Shown: piece by piece, positions 20,725 to 28,647 of the stretch
How the letters are laid out: each line of letters starts with the position of its first letter
How positions within the stretch are numbered: the first letter of the stretch is position 1
DNA from: an uncultured Lachnospiraceae bacterium
GTDB lineage: Bacteria > Bacillota > Clostridia > Lachnospirales > Lachnospiraceae
DNA length: 64,000 bases
Assembly: GCA_949840915.1 (NCBI GenBank)
Contig: CATKXY010000011.1
Coordinates: forward strand, 39,192 to 103,191
Direction of reading: 5' to 3'
The notes under the pieces: model-generated
What the model was told of the DNA's origin: nothing
The model's database searches: none
What the model saw: only the letters and a program-made list of their open reading frames with translations
Position numbers and translations under genes: made by a program

Positions 20725-20788
20725 ATTTCCTACTATTTCGATATGTTTTTATGAATCGTACTTTACTACTGATTTTTCATGCTGTCAA
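20725..20788 (-). promoter_or_regulatory. cysK promoter with a candidate Rrf2 operator
   Basis: Minus strand TTGACA-17bp-TAAAGT; imperfect palindrome ATTTCCTACTATTTCGATATGTTTT between -10 and RBS. Confidence 0.55.
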
Positions 20789-20838
20789 TATCCATTTTGG
20801 ATTCTGCCGGAAATTCTGCCGACAATCTGACTGCCGCT

Positions 20839-20867
20839 TTGACATTCTCTGTAAAATCCCTTATACT
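20839..20867 (+). promoter_or_regulatory. Sigma-A promoter of aroA
   Basis: TTGACA-17bp-TATACT. Confidence 0.7.
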
Positions 20868-20903
20868 GATTCTATTATTTTAGTGCCCGGAGGTACGGAC
20901 AGG

Positions 20904-22280
20904 ATGGATACAAGCTGTAACTTTTTCAATCATTCTTCTAATTATCACGCCGATACGGATATCTACCGGGTTCCCTGTCCGGGGAACGGAATCCACGGCA
21001 TATCCGGAGGCGCTCCCCTCATTGCGGCAGTACCCGGCTCCAAGAGTATTACCAATCGTGCGCTGCTGCTGGCCACACTGGCAGAAGGCCCGTCTACGCT
21101 GCGGGGCGTTTTGTTCTCCGACGATTCAAGGCACTTTTTAAAATGCGTACAGGAACTGGGGTTCTCAACCATAGTGGACGAGGATCAAAAAATCATAACC
21201 GTCTTCGGGGAGGGCGGAACAGTCCCCAGAAAGGAAGCCTCTCTCTATGTGGGGAGCGCAGGAACTGCCGCCCGTTTTCTCACGGCATATCTGGGCATTG
21301 CCGAGGGCGTCTACCATATGGATGCCTCCGCTCAGATGCGGCGCCGCCCCATGGCTCCCCTTCTGCACTCCCTCCGGGATATGGGATGCGAGATCTCCTA
21401 TGAGGAAGGTTCGGCGGAGGGATATTTCCCTTTTACTCTGAGAGGGCACGGTTTCGGACGGAATCTCATCACCGTGGACATTGAACACAGCAGCCAGTTT
21501 CTCAGCGCACTGCTCATCTCCTCCTGTCTCGCAGAAGAAGATTTTACCGTCAGGGTACAGGGCACACATGGCATGGCCTACATTGACATGACCCGCCGTA
21601 TGATGGAACAATTCGGCGTAACTGCCGCGCAGACGGCTCCCGACACCTTCGTGACAGCCTCCGGCCAGCACTATCAGGCCATGGACTATCAGATCGAGCC
21701 TGATGTTTCAGCCGCCTGTTATTTCTACGCCCTGGCCCCTCTGCTCCACATTCCCGTGCAGGTGGCACATGTGCATTTTGATTCCCTGCAGGGAGACGTA
21801 GCCTTTCTAAAAATTCTGGAACAGACGGGATGTACTCCGGAGGACAGAGAACAGGGGATTCTCCTCCAGCCGCCCCGTGAGAAAGGCTTTCGCGGCGTCA
21901 CCGTAGATATGTCCGCCTGCTCCGACCAGGCCATCACGCTGGCAGCCATCGCCCCTTTTGCAGACAGTCCCACCACCATCACGGGCATCGGGCATATCCG
22001 CTTTCAGGAGAGCGACCGCATTCACGCCATCGTCACGGAGCTCGGCAAAATGGGCATCCGCTGCGAGGAGACTGACGCGTCAGGAGGCGGCGTCACCATC
22101 TATCCCGGCATCCCGAAGCCCTGTGTGGTGGACACTTACGAAGACCATCGCATGGCCATGGGATTTTCCCTGACCGGTCTGCGCGTCCCCGGCATCGCCA
22201 TCCGCAATCCCGGATGCTGCAGAAAAACCTTTGAGAATTACTTTCAGGTGCTGGAGGAAGCGTTGGCGTCCATCGGCTGA
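20904..22280 (+). CDS. aroA: EPSP synthase (3-phosphoshikimate 1-carboxyvinyltransferase)
   Basis: PGSKSITNRA, GSAGTAARF, SSQFLSAL, QESDRI, DHRMAM; start trimmed to the ATG downstream of the promoter. Confidence 0.95.
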   Translation: MDTSCNFFNHSSNYHADTDIYRVPCPGNGIHGISGGAPLIAAVPGSKSITNRALLLATLAEGPSTLRGVLFSDDSRHFLKCVQELGFSTIVDEDQKIITVFGEGGTVPRKEASLYVGSAGTAARFLTAYLGIAEGVYHMDASAQMRRRPMAPLLHSLRDMGCEISYEEGSAEGYFPFTLRGHGFGRNLITVDIEHSSQFLSALLISSCLAEEDFTVRVQGTHGMAYIDMTRRMMEQFGVTAAQTAPDTFVTASGQHYQAMDYQIEPDVSAACYFYALAPLLHIPVQVAHVHFDSLQGDVAFLKILEQTGCTPEDREQGILLQPPREKGFRGVTVDMSACSDQAITLAAIAPFADSPTTITGIGHIRFQESDRIHAIVTELGKMGIRCEETDASGGGVTIYPGIPKPCVVDTYEDHRMAMGFSLTGLRVPGIAIRNPGCCRKTFENYFQVLEEALASIG

Positions 22281-22363
22281 CAGGCCTGAAAGCCTCTATA
22301 CATTTTATGAAAATTATGCTATACTGAATTTCCTGCAGCAGACCTGCAGGCTGAGAGAAAGGC

Positions 22364-23311
22364 ATGGGTATCGGTATGAATAAAAAGAAAGTTGTAGTTT
22401 CTCTGGGACATGAATCATTGGGTTACACCACGATGGAACAGCGGGATGCGGTAAAGATCACCGCCCGGGCGCTGGCAGATCTGGTGGAAGCGGATTATCA
22501 GCTGACCATCACACATTCCAACGGCCCCCAGGTGAGCATGATACATAAGGCGATGACCGAGCTGCGCCGGGTATATACGGATTACACTCCGGCCCCTATG
22601 TGCGTGTGCTCCGCCATGAGCCAGGGCTATGTGGGTTATGACATCCAGAACGCGCTGCGCGCGGAGCTTCTGGAGCGGGGAATCTCCAAGCCCGTCAGCA
22701 CTATTCTGACACAGGTAACGGTGGACCCCTATGACGAAGCCTTTTACGAGCCCACCAAGAAGATCGGCAGATATATGTCCAAAGAGGATGCTGAAATCGA
22801 AATCCAAAAAGGAAATTATGTGCAGGAGACCCCCGGCAAGGGATTCAGGCGTGTGGTAGCCGCCCCCAAGCCTATCGACATTGTCGAGATCGAAGCCATC
22901 CGCACTCTTTCCGACGCAGACCAGGTGGTCATCGCCTGCGGAGGAGGCGGAATTCCCGTTATCGAGCAAAAGCACGCCCTCAAAGGTGCATCGGCAGTGA
23001 TTGAAAAGGATGCCATCGCAGGCCGGCTTGCCGCCGATCTGGGTGCGGACGAGCTGATCATCCTCACCAATGTGGACTGTGTCTATACCGGCTATGGCAA
23101 AGCGCAGCAGGCTCCCATTTCCTGTATGACGGTTGCCGAGGCCGAAAATGCCATTGCACAGGGCGAGTTTGAGGCGGGAACCATGCTGCCCAAAATTGAG
23201 GCCGCCATCACCTATCTGCGTAAAGTTCCGGACGGAAAAGTGCGCATCACCTCCATGAAATGCGTGAAGGATGCCATTCGGGAAAAGGCCGGCACCGTGA
23301 TCACGGCATAG
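22364..23311 (+). CDS. arcC: Carbamate kinase (divergent)
   Basis: HSNGPQV, PTKKIG, RRVVAAPKP, GGGGIPV, VIEKD, GTMLPKIEAA. Confidence 0.85.
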   Translation: MGIGMNKKKVVVSLGHESLGYTTMEQRDAVKITARALADLVEADYQLTITHSNGPQVSMIHKAMTELRRVYTDYTPAPMCVCSAMSQGYVGYDIQNALRAELLERGISKPVSTILTQVTVDPYDEAFYEPTKKIGRYMSKEDAEIEIQKGNYVQETPGKGFRRVVAAPKPIDIVEIEAIRTLSDADQVVIACGGGGIPVIEQKHALKGASAVIEKDAIAGRLAADLGADELIILTNVDCVYTGYGKAQQAPISCMTVAEAENAIAQGEFEAGTMLPKIEAAITYLRKVPDGKVRITSMKCVKDAIREKAGTVITA

Positions 23312-23468
23312 GGCCGCCGGAACAAACCGGGATTTACTCTATACCAAAATTCTATTATCTCCTGAAAATCACAACATCTGGCAAGAAAACCTTTTTCGCA
23401 CACACCAGATGTTGTGAAATACCGGAAATATGGATAATTTTCCAACCTTATCCCCCCCTCCCTTTCTA

Positions 23469-23497
23469 TTGACATCCCACAAAATATTATTTATACT
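23469..23497 (+). promoter_or_regulatory. Sigma-A promoter of the SHOCT-repeat gene
   Basis: TTGACA-17bp-TATACT. Confidence 0.7.
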
Positions 23498-23598
23498 ATT
23501 ATAGTAAAGACCTCTTTGGAGATGTTATGCAACAGAACGCCATCTAGGGGTTTGTTCTGTTGTAAGTGAACGATAAAGAAGAAACGAGGCGAAAACAT

Positions 23599-25149
23599 AT
23601 GGCAAATGTTGTTTTTCAGTGTGATGTGAACAGAGGATTTCTGCGGAAGATCGACGGCAACGAGAAAGCACTGTTCCTCGAAATATCCGATGTCAAAATC
23701 ACCGGAAAGGGAATTATATATCTGGAAAGCAGCCAGCGCGAATACAGCGGTGATATCAATTACGAGATCAAGAGCATTACCAAAGTGGAGAAGTCCGTAT
23801 ACGAAGGACTGGATGCACTGATTATTTATGTCCGCGTGAATTCTCTCTATGGCGCACAGAAGCTTCAGGTGCGTCTGCCCGGTCTGCGCGATTTGCCTAA
23901 GGCTTTGGATATGCTGCTTCAGACTAAAGAAGCGTTATCGCCCAAGCCTGCATCGTCATCTGCTGCGCCCGCCGCTTCGGCAGCACCCGCTCCCGAGCCT
24001 GCGTCTGCAGCCCCTCAGGCTGCCGCATCTGCTGCTCCGGCTGAGCCCGCCCGCGCAGCCGTGACGCCCGCTGCTCCGGCAGCTCCCGTTTCCGCTCCGG
24101 CTTCCGAGACCCCTCCTGAACCTGCTGCGCAGACGTCTGCTGCAGCTCCTACTGCATCCGTAATTTCTGTAGAGGAATATAAGAAAAAGCTCGAAAAGCT
24201 CGAAGCGATCTATCAGACCGGCATGATCACCGAGAAGGAGTACAAGAGCAGTAAGGCTGAATATATCAGCGTATTGAATAATCTGGAGACTTTCTTCAAC
24301 AAGGTTAAAGTAAATCTGCAGTATCATGAGGTAGGCTTCTTATCCGATGCCGAGTTTGATGAATTCAAAAAGGGCACCATCACCGAATGTTCCGACCTCA
24401 CCTCCGTGTCCAATGATGTGATGAGGCATAATCTGAAAAAGCTTTTGATTCTGTACCTGTTTGAGATTCTCACACAGGAGGAATATGATAAGATCTGTAC
24501 TGATATCACCAAGTCCGTCCAGTATGTCTCCAGCGACACTGAGGAGATGACTGTTGAGAAGATCACCAAATGGCCGATCCTGAAGGATTGCGAGATTATT
24601 TCTGAGGCACAGTATGAACAGTTCATCAAATTAATTTCCGATGATACCAAGATCCGCATGAACGAAAGCCTGCCCGTGCTGGAACACAAGCTTACCAGAC
24701 TGACCACCCTCTCCAAGACCTTCCTGTTCACACCGGAGGAATTCTCCGCCAAGAAACAGGAGCTTGTGGAGGAAATGACTGCTCTTGATTACAGCTCTGA
24801 GTCAAGATTAAAGAGTCAGATCGCCTGTATCGTGACTCTGCGGAAATGCGAGTGGATCAGCGAAGAAGAATTCCAGGCTAAGAAACAGGAAATTGTCCGC
24901 ACCATCGAGGGCAATGATGATGTTATCAAAAGGCTGCAGCTGCTGCGTTCCCTCACCACCATTGATTTCCTGACCGAAGAGGATTACAAGGTATTTGAAA
25001 AGAAAGTAATTGATGAAATATTCCTGCCTTACAGCGATATCAGCGAGCTGCAGAAGAAAGCGCAAAATCTGATGAAGCTGAAAGACGCGGCAATTATTTC
25101 AGAGGAGGACTTCAACATTTACAAAAAGAAGCTCCTTTCCCTCTCCTGA
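23599..25149 (+). CDS. Protein with an N-terminal beta-rich domain, a Pro/Ala linker and 8 tandem SHOCT-like repeats
   Basis: Repeated L..L..L...G/E.(I/L)(T/S)..E(Y/F)...K motif; has its own promoter and terminator. Confidence 0.75.
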   Translation: MANVVFQCDVNRGFLRKIDGNEKALFLEISDVKITGKGIIYLESSQREYSGDINYEIKSITKVEKSVYEGLDALIIYVRVNSLYGAQKLQVRLPGLRDLPKALDMLLQTKEALSPKPASSSAAPAASAAPAPEPASAAPQAAASAAPAEPARAAVTPAAPAAPVSAPASETPPEPAAQTSAAAPTASVISVEEYKKKLEKLEAIYQTGMITEKEYKSSKAEYISVLNNLETFFNKVKVNLQYHEVGFLSDAEFDEFKKGTITECSDLTSVSNDVMRHNLKKLLILYLFEILTQEEYDKICTDITKSVQYVSSDTEEMTVEKITKWPILKDCEIISEAQYEQFIKLISDDTKIRMNESLPVLEHKLTRLTTLSKTFLFTPEEFSAKKQELVEEMTALDYSSESRLKSQIACIVTLRKCEWISEEEFQAKKQEIVRTIEGNDDVIKRLQLLRSLTTIDFLTEEDYKVFEKKVIDEIFLPYSDISELQKKAQNLMKLKDAAIISEEDFNIYKKKLLSLS

Positions 25150-25159
25150 TGACAAAAAT

Positions 25160-25193
25160 AAGAATGTTCCCTTTGACAGGGAACATTCTTTTT
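25160..25193 (+). terminator. Intrinsic terminator, probably bidirectional
   Basis: AAGAATGTTCCCT-ttgac-AGGGAACATTCTT followed by T residues; between convergent genes. Confidence 0.85.
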
Positions 25194-25232
25194 GGTTTTG
25201 AGCATAACATCCGTTATTGATATTGTATTAAA

Positions 25233-26930
25233 TCAAAATTTAACCCCTCTGTATCGTGACACACAGGCCATGATCTCCTGCCTTCTGGGCCTCGCCAGGG
25301 ACGCCGCTGCATCGCCCTGTCTGAAAAGCGCCTCCATTCCCTTCTCATCCAGAGTCTTCTCGAGCAAATCCACCGCCTGCGCCATGGATTTTCTGCCGTC
25401 AAAGACCTTGGTTAAAAGCTCTTTTAACAGATACCCCAGGGCTCTGGTCTGCTCCTCATCCTTAAGCTGTTCCAAACCGCGAAGCACTACCGTATTCTTG
25501 GAAATTTCCACCTCGTCCCTGCCAAATGTCCTGATCTTGATCCGCTCCTCCCCCGCAAGCCGCCTGTCCGGCTGGGGACTGCGCTCCCTGATATACTCAG
25601 GAAACGCACTGCGGGAGGTCTCGAACACGGCATATTCTGCCGCCGCCTTCCTGGCAGTCTCCGTGATATCAAACGGCTCATACTCTTTCATCTGAATCAC
25701 CGTGTCCGCCACATGAAAATAAGAACCGCTGCTGCCGGCTACCAGGATCGTGGAAACGCCCAGATCCTCATAGAGACTGTTGACACGCTCGATAAAGGGC
25801 GTGATAGGCTCTTCTCCGGGACTCACCACCTGCTGCATCAGTCTGTCTCGGATCATAAAATTTGTGGCGGAGGTATCCTCATCGATCAAAAGCAGCCTGC
25901 TTCCGCTCTCCACAGCTTCCATAAGCCCTGCAGCCTGGGAAGTGCTTCCGCTGGCGTCCTCCGTGGAAAAATGAGAGGTCTCCCTGCCGTTCGGCAGATG
26001 ATTGATAAAGGGAGAAATATCTACATTCACAATGCTTCTGCCATCCTCAGCCCGAAGCTTCACAGCTCCCGCATCCGTAATCACAAGCTCTCTGCCATCC
26101 CCCGCAATGTGATTGTAAACGCCGTCCTGAATCGCCTGCAGTACTGTAGATTTGCCGTGATAACCGCCGCCCACCAAGAGCGTGATACCCTTGCGTATAC
26201 CCATACCGCTCACCTCGCCCCTGTGGGGGAGCTTCAGCGTCACACGCAGAGAATCCGGCGATCGGAACACTACCGCATCCTTCAGCGGCTTGTCCGAGAC
26301 TCCGCTCTGCCTGGGCAATACGGAACCGTCCGCGAGAAAAGCGCAAAGCCCCATCTGAGGCAGCATTGCCCGGACAGCCTGCTGATCCTCACACAGCTCT
26401 ATGGCCGTCTGCAGCGCCTTCTTGTCTATGCGCGCATAATAAAGGCTTCTGTGTACACAGTCGGGCAGGATATGGAACAGGATCTTCGCCAGCTCTCCCG
26501 CATTCACCGAGCGCCCGTTTGCCGGGAACCCGATCTCAAAACGCACCGTGACCCCCTTCTCCTCCACACGGCAGGCCGTGCGTTCAAGTATCTCCTGACC
26601 GCAGTGAGAGACAGCCAGAAGTCCGCTCTTCCCGGAACCCTTGGCCTGAAAACTGCGCGCCCGTATGGCAGTTCCGAACAATCTGGTCAAATGATCCTGG
26701 AGTGTGATCCGTTTTGCCCTCTCCTTATAATACTCCCCCGGAAATCCCGCCTTGGCCATGGGCACCTGCACGGACACCCGGGAGGGCGCCGCAAAAGGAT
26801 CCCCCTGCACATGATCGATAGAAAAAAGATAATCCCCAAAATCGTATATCCCCTTAAGATCCTTGTAGGCAGGATAGCCCCTGTGGTCAATCGCCTTTAA
26901 TTGTCTGTCCAATTCACTCGATGTCTTCAT
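25233..26930 (-). CDS. 'ABC-class ATPase' domain protein (standalone P-loop ATPase)
   Basis: DHVQGDPFAAPS, GGGYHGKST, RAEDGR, DASGSTSQAA, DEDTSATN. Confidence 0.85.
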   Translation of the reverse strand: MKTSSELDRQLKAIDHRGYPAYKDLKGIYDFGDYLFSIDHVQGDPFAAPSRVSVQVPMAKAGFPGEYYKERAKRITLQDHLTRLFGTAIRARSFQAKGSGKSGLLAVSHCGQEILERTACRVEEKGVTVRFEIGFPANGRSVNAGELAKILFHILPDCVHRSLYYARIDKKALQTAIELCEDQQAVRAMLPQMGLCAFLADGSVLPRQSGVSDKPLKDAVVFRSPDSLRVTLKLPHRGEVSGMGIRKGITLLVGGGYHGKSTVLQAIQDGVYNHIAGDGRELVITDAGAVKLRAEDGRSIVNVDISPFINHLPNGRETSHFSTEDASGSTSQAAGLMEAVESGSRLLLIDEDTSATNFMIRDRLMQQVVSPGEEPITPFIERVNSLYEDLGVSTILVAGSSGSYFHVADTVIQMKEYEPFDITETARKAAAEYAVFETSRSAFPEYIRERSPQPDRRLAGEERIKIRTFGRDEVEISKNTVVLRGLEQLKDEEQTRALGYLLKELLTKVFDGRKSMAQAVDLLEKTLDEKGMEALFRQGDAAASLARPRRQEIMACVSRYRGVKF

Positions 26931-27106
26931 ACCGCTTTCACACGCCTCCTTCCGCTCTATTATACACGCTGAAGGTATTTCTTTACAAATTATTTTTTCT
27001 CATATATTATAATAATAAGAAAAGCCTTGACGGACATTCCGGCGTCCCTGTCAAAGCTTTGGGTCACAGATTTATGCATTTCATATACATTACAGGAGGA
27101 AAAACT

Positions 27107-27787
27107 ATGAATTACTCTATTGAAGGCGAACCCTTACCCGTAGTCATCTGCAATCTTGAGGCGGGCGAAATCATGATAACCGAAAGCGGAGCCATGTCCT
27201 GGATGACACCCAATATGAAGATGGAGACTACCTCCGGGGGCGGCATCGGCAAAATGCTGGGACGCGCATTCTCCGGCGAAAGCCTGTTTTTAAATCGTTA
27301 TACCGCGCAGGGCGGTCCCGGCCAGATTGCTTTTGCATCCAGCTTCCCCGGCTCCATCCGTGCCTTCAACGTGTCCCCGGGTCTGGACATTGTGGCCCAG
27401 AAATCCGCATTTCTGGCTTCCACAGCAGGCGTTCAGCTGTCTACCTTCTTCCAGAAGCGCATCGGCAGCGGACTTTTTGGCGGCGAAGGCTTCATTATGC
27501 AGAAGCTGTCCGGCAATGGCGTGGTGTTTTTAGAGTTTGACGGTTATGTAAAAGAATATGAATTGGGTGCAGGCCAGCAGATGATCATCGACACGGGCTA
27601 TCTGGCTGCCATGAGCTCCACCTGTTCCGTGGATATCCAGACGGTTCCCGGAGTAAAAAATATGCTGTTCGGCGGCGAAGGCCTTTTCAATACCGTGCTC
27701 ACAGGCCCCGGTAAGGTATATCTGCAGAGTATGCCGGTAGCTCAGCTGGCCGGCTCCATACGCCCCTTCATTGTCACCGGGAACTGA
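27107..27787 (+). CDS. TIGR00266/AIM24 family protein
   Basis: ESGAMSWM, GESLF, FGGEGF and FGGEGLF repeats; AGGAGG RBS. Confidence 0.9.
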   Translation: MNYSIEGEPLPVVICNLEAGEIMITESGAMSWMTPNMKMETTSGGGIGKMLGRAFSGESLFLNRYTAQGGPGQIAFASSFPGSIRAFNVSPGLDIVAQKSAFLASTAGVQLSTFFQKRIGSGLFGGEGFIMQKLSGNGVVFLEFDGYVKEYELGAGQQMIIDTGYLAAMSSTCSVDIQTVPGVKNMLFGGEGLFNTVLTGPGKVYLQSMPVAQLAGSIRPFIVTGN

Positions 27788-27797
27788 TTCCTCCCCG

Positions 27798-28475
27798 TTA
27801 AATCACTCCCCATACGCGCAATGCGTAGATCAGTCCGATCATCATCGAGGGAAACAGCAGGCGGACCGAACCGGCGCCTGCTGTCCGCCCGACTTCCAGT
27901 GCAGGGCCGACCTCCTCGTAAAAGGGCAGGCTGTCTAACTGATAGTACAGTTCGGCTGATGTCATAGTACAGCAATCCGATTCCGCTATCTGTCGCCGGA
28001 TCTGCCCTATGACGTCTTTGTTCAGATAATAACGGGTCAATACCGTAATCAGTTTTTTCTGCTCCGCACGATAGGACGGTTCCCGGTCCGGCCGGTCGCC
28101 CCGCAATGTCCCCTCCCTGTCAGGTTCCGTGTACACTGCCCCATCCTCGCGGTTTAATCTCAACATCCTCACTGCCCTGGCCAATTGATAGATCATCAAG
28201 GGCAGAAGCATCAGATAGATCCCTTTCAGTGCAGTGCAGATTGCAACCACAGGAATAAATCTGCTCCGATGGAGCAGCAGATAAAGGAGTCCGGGAAGGA
28301 TCGCCACAGCCACACTGATTGCAAGATCATACCATAACATCTGTAATTTTTTATTGACATTGGACAACTGGCGTTCAGCCTGCCTGATAGCCAGGTCTAA
28401 ACGGGCTTCCTTGGAACTGATCTGATAGAGAAGCTGAATATTGTTTTCCGTGTTCATCATTGATACCACCGCCAA
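27798..28475 (-). CDS. Hypothetical membrane protein
   Basis: Coiled N-terminus, two TM segments and a C-terminal TM; fills the intergenic space. Confidence 0.65.
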   Translation of the reverse strand: MAVVSMMNTENNIQLLYQISSKEARLDLAIRQAERQLSNVNKKLQMLWYDLAISVAVAILPGLLYLLLHRSRFIPVVAICTALKGIYLMLLPLMIYQLARAVRMLRLNREDGAVYTEPDREGTLRGDRPDREPSYRAEQKKLITVLTRYYLNKDVIGQIRRQIAESDCCTMTSAELYYQLDSLPFYEEVGPALEVGRTAGAGSVRLLFPSMMIGLIYALRVWGVI

Positions 28476-28581
28476 TCTATGTTCCTTTCGTCTATTTTAC
28501 AGGCATCCTATAGCATTTGTAAATACGCAAAACCGCCATTCTGCTTATTTTCCATTAAACCGATATTCAAGAAATTACGCA

Positions 28582-28626
28582 AAGAATCCCGCAGCCCCTG
28601 AATATCCGGGTTCTGCGGGATATCTT
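28582..28626 (-). terminator. Terminator hairpin after the large surface-protein gene
   Basis: ATCCCGCAG...CTGCGGGAT stem. Confidence 0.6.
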
Positions 28627-28647
28627 GTGTTTAATCCTGTTTTAACA

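Noticed and set aside
20670-20903. 78-aa N-terminal extension of AroA in the ORF track
   Set aside because: It overlaps the cysK start and both divergent promoters; the true start is probably 20904.
23940-24160. GCT/CCG-rich quasi-repeats as a DNA tandem repeat
   Set aside because: Explained by the Pro/Ala protein linker; no exact repeat unit.
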